From Octopus sinensis (taxonomy: Eukaryota): a DNA stretch of 64,000 nt. The notes under the pieces are model-generated. The model did not search any database, was not told the DNA's origin, and was given only the letters and a program-made list of their open reading frames with translations. This document shows, in pieces, positions 62,821 through 64,000 of this stretch. The DNA lies in contig NC_043016.1 in NCBI RefSeq assembly GCF_006345805.1, positions 10,788,001 through 10,852,000 of the forward strand, in the 5' to 3' direction. Both the position numbers and the translations under genes were made by a program. Each line of letters starts with the position of its first letter. Position 1 is the first letter of the stretch.

Positions 62821-63906
62821 TAGAGAGCCGTGTTGTGAATAAGTCTTGTACCAAAAACATGAAGCTGAGAACAATGAAAGAATGAATGATAATGTTACTG
62901 GTCAGGCTAGAGGCAAGAAGACAAAAGACAAATGAATAAACACCATGGTCATTCAAAGCCAGCTATAGAATAAAATCATCTATAGGAAGAAAAAAATCCA
63001 ACTAAGGCAGCAATATAAATATATAAATCATTCAATCAATAAATAGATATAAATGAAATTTTTTTTTTTTTTTTTTTTTTTTAGAAATCTATACAATTAC
63101 AAGCAGTTATGGAATAACAAGAATTACAAGGAGAAATGGCAATGCAGTAAAAACAAAAAAAAAAAAAAATTCCATTTAAAAAAAAACTTTAGCAAATGAA
63201 AACAGAAAACAGATATCTACTCAAATCTTTCATCATCATCATCATCATCATCACCATTGCTCTCATCATCACTATTGCCATCATCATCATCATCATCATC
63301 ACTATCGCCCTCATCATCATTATCACCATTTGTCTGCTTTGGAATGGTTTTGGTTTCTACAGATGGATGCCTTTCCTAACACCAACCACTTTACAGAGAA
63401 TACTGGGTGCTTTTTTTTACATGGCACCAGCATCAGCACATTTTAGCAGTATTTCTTCTGTCCTTACATTCTGAGTTCAAATTCCACCAAGGTCGACTTT
63501 GCCTTTAATCCTCTCAGGGTCCATAAAATAAGTACCAGTGAAACACTGGGGATCAATAAAATTTATTATCCCCCCCCTCCCACCAATATTTCAAGCCTTG
63601 GGCCTATAGTACAAAGGATTCAATATATATACAATGCATAAATACGAGCTACTGTTAGTTTCATGCTGTGGAAACACAATATACCAGCAGATTTATATAT
63701 CATGCCTTGTACTTTAAAGGAATCCTTCAGGCCCAAATACACAACATGGCTGGTCTCATTTGAAAAAGCAACAAAGGACGCTGGCCAATAAGGGAACATG
63801 AAAAAGGATGAGTGGAACATGAATATCAAAGTATATGTTTTGTCTCTGACTAGGTAACAAAGTATCTCCTTCTGTCCTCTTTCTTGTACCCTTCTGCTCA
63901 CTCTCT

Positions 63907-63942
<36 letters not shown>

Positions 63943-64000
63943 CCTCACTTTCTCTATTTTCTTTCTCTCTCTCACTCTCACACTCTCTTTCTCGATTTTT

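Noticed and set aside
61913-62956. 347-aa ORF, the longest in the track
   Set aside because: It is a His/Thr-rich translation of a (CA)n microsatellite block. The same applies to the many YIYI/CVCV/HTHT ORFs.

Overview
AT-rich, repeat-saturated eukaryotic DNA. The SINE/RTE repertoire and the (TA)n/(TG)n/(CAT)n microsatellites look like an Octopus (coleoid cephalopod) genome; the species is my inference. The only host gene I can support is a minus-strand CEP104-like gene: 8 small GT-AG exons (61843 down to 13466) with mutually consistent phases encode the TOG domain, and the rest of the gene appears to lie outside the window. Almost all ORFs in the supplied track are microsatellite or repeat translations. 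The introns hold a full-length U2 snRNA copy, RTE LINEs carrying a PHD finger inside the RT region, several tRNA-derived SINE families, Tc1/mariner and DD37D-like transposons, non-autonomous Helitrons, hAT/piggyBac/pogo MITEs, a solo LTR and R4/Dong fragments. The most interesting signal is a decayed autonomous Penelope-like (RT + GIY-YIG) element together with a set of mutually unrelated fold-back (palindromic) elements sitting in (TA)n tracts. Several of these carry type I hammerhead ribozyme motifs: a complete one at 48124-48221, minimal GNRA-stem-II ones at 23345-23394 and 26171-26214, a G3:C8-swapped core at 23148-23198, and CpG-decayed ones at 3174-3294 and 46602-46849. All structures were read by eye; no folding or database search was run.
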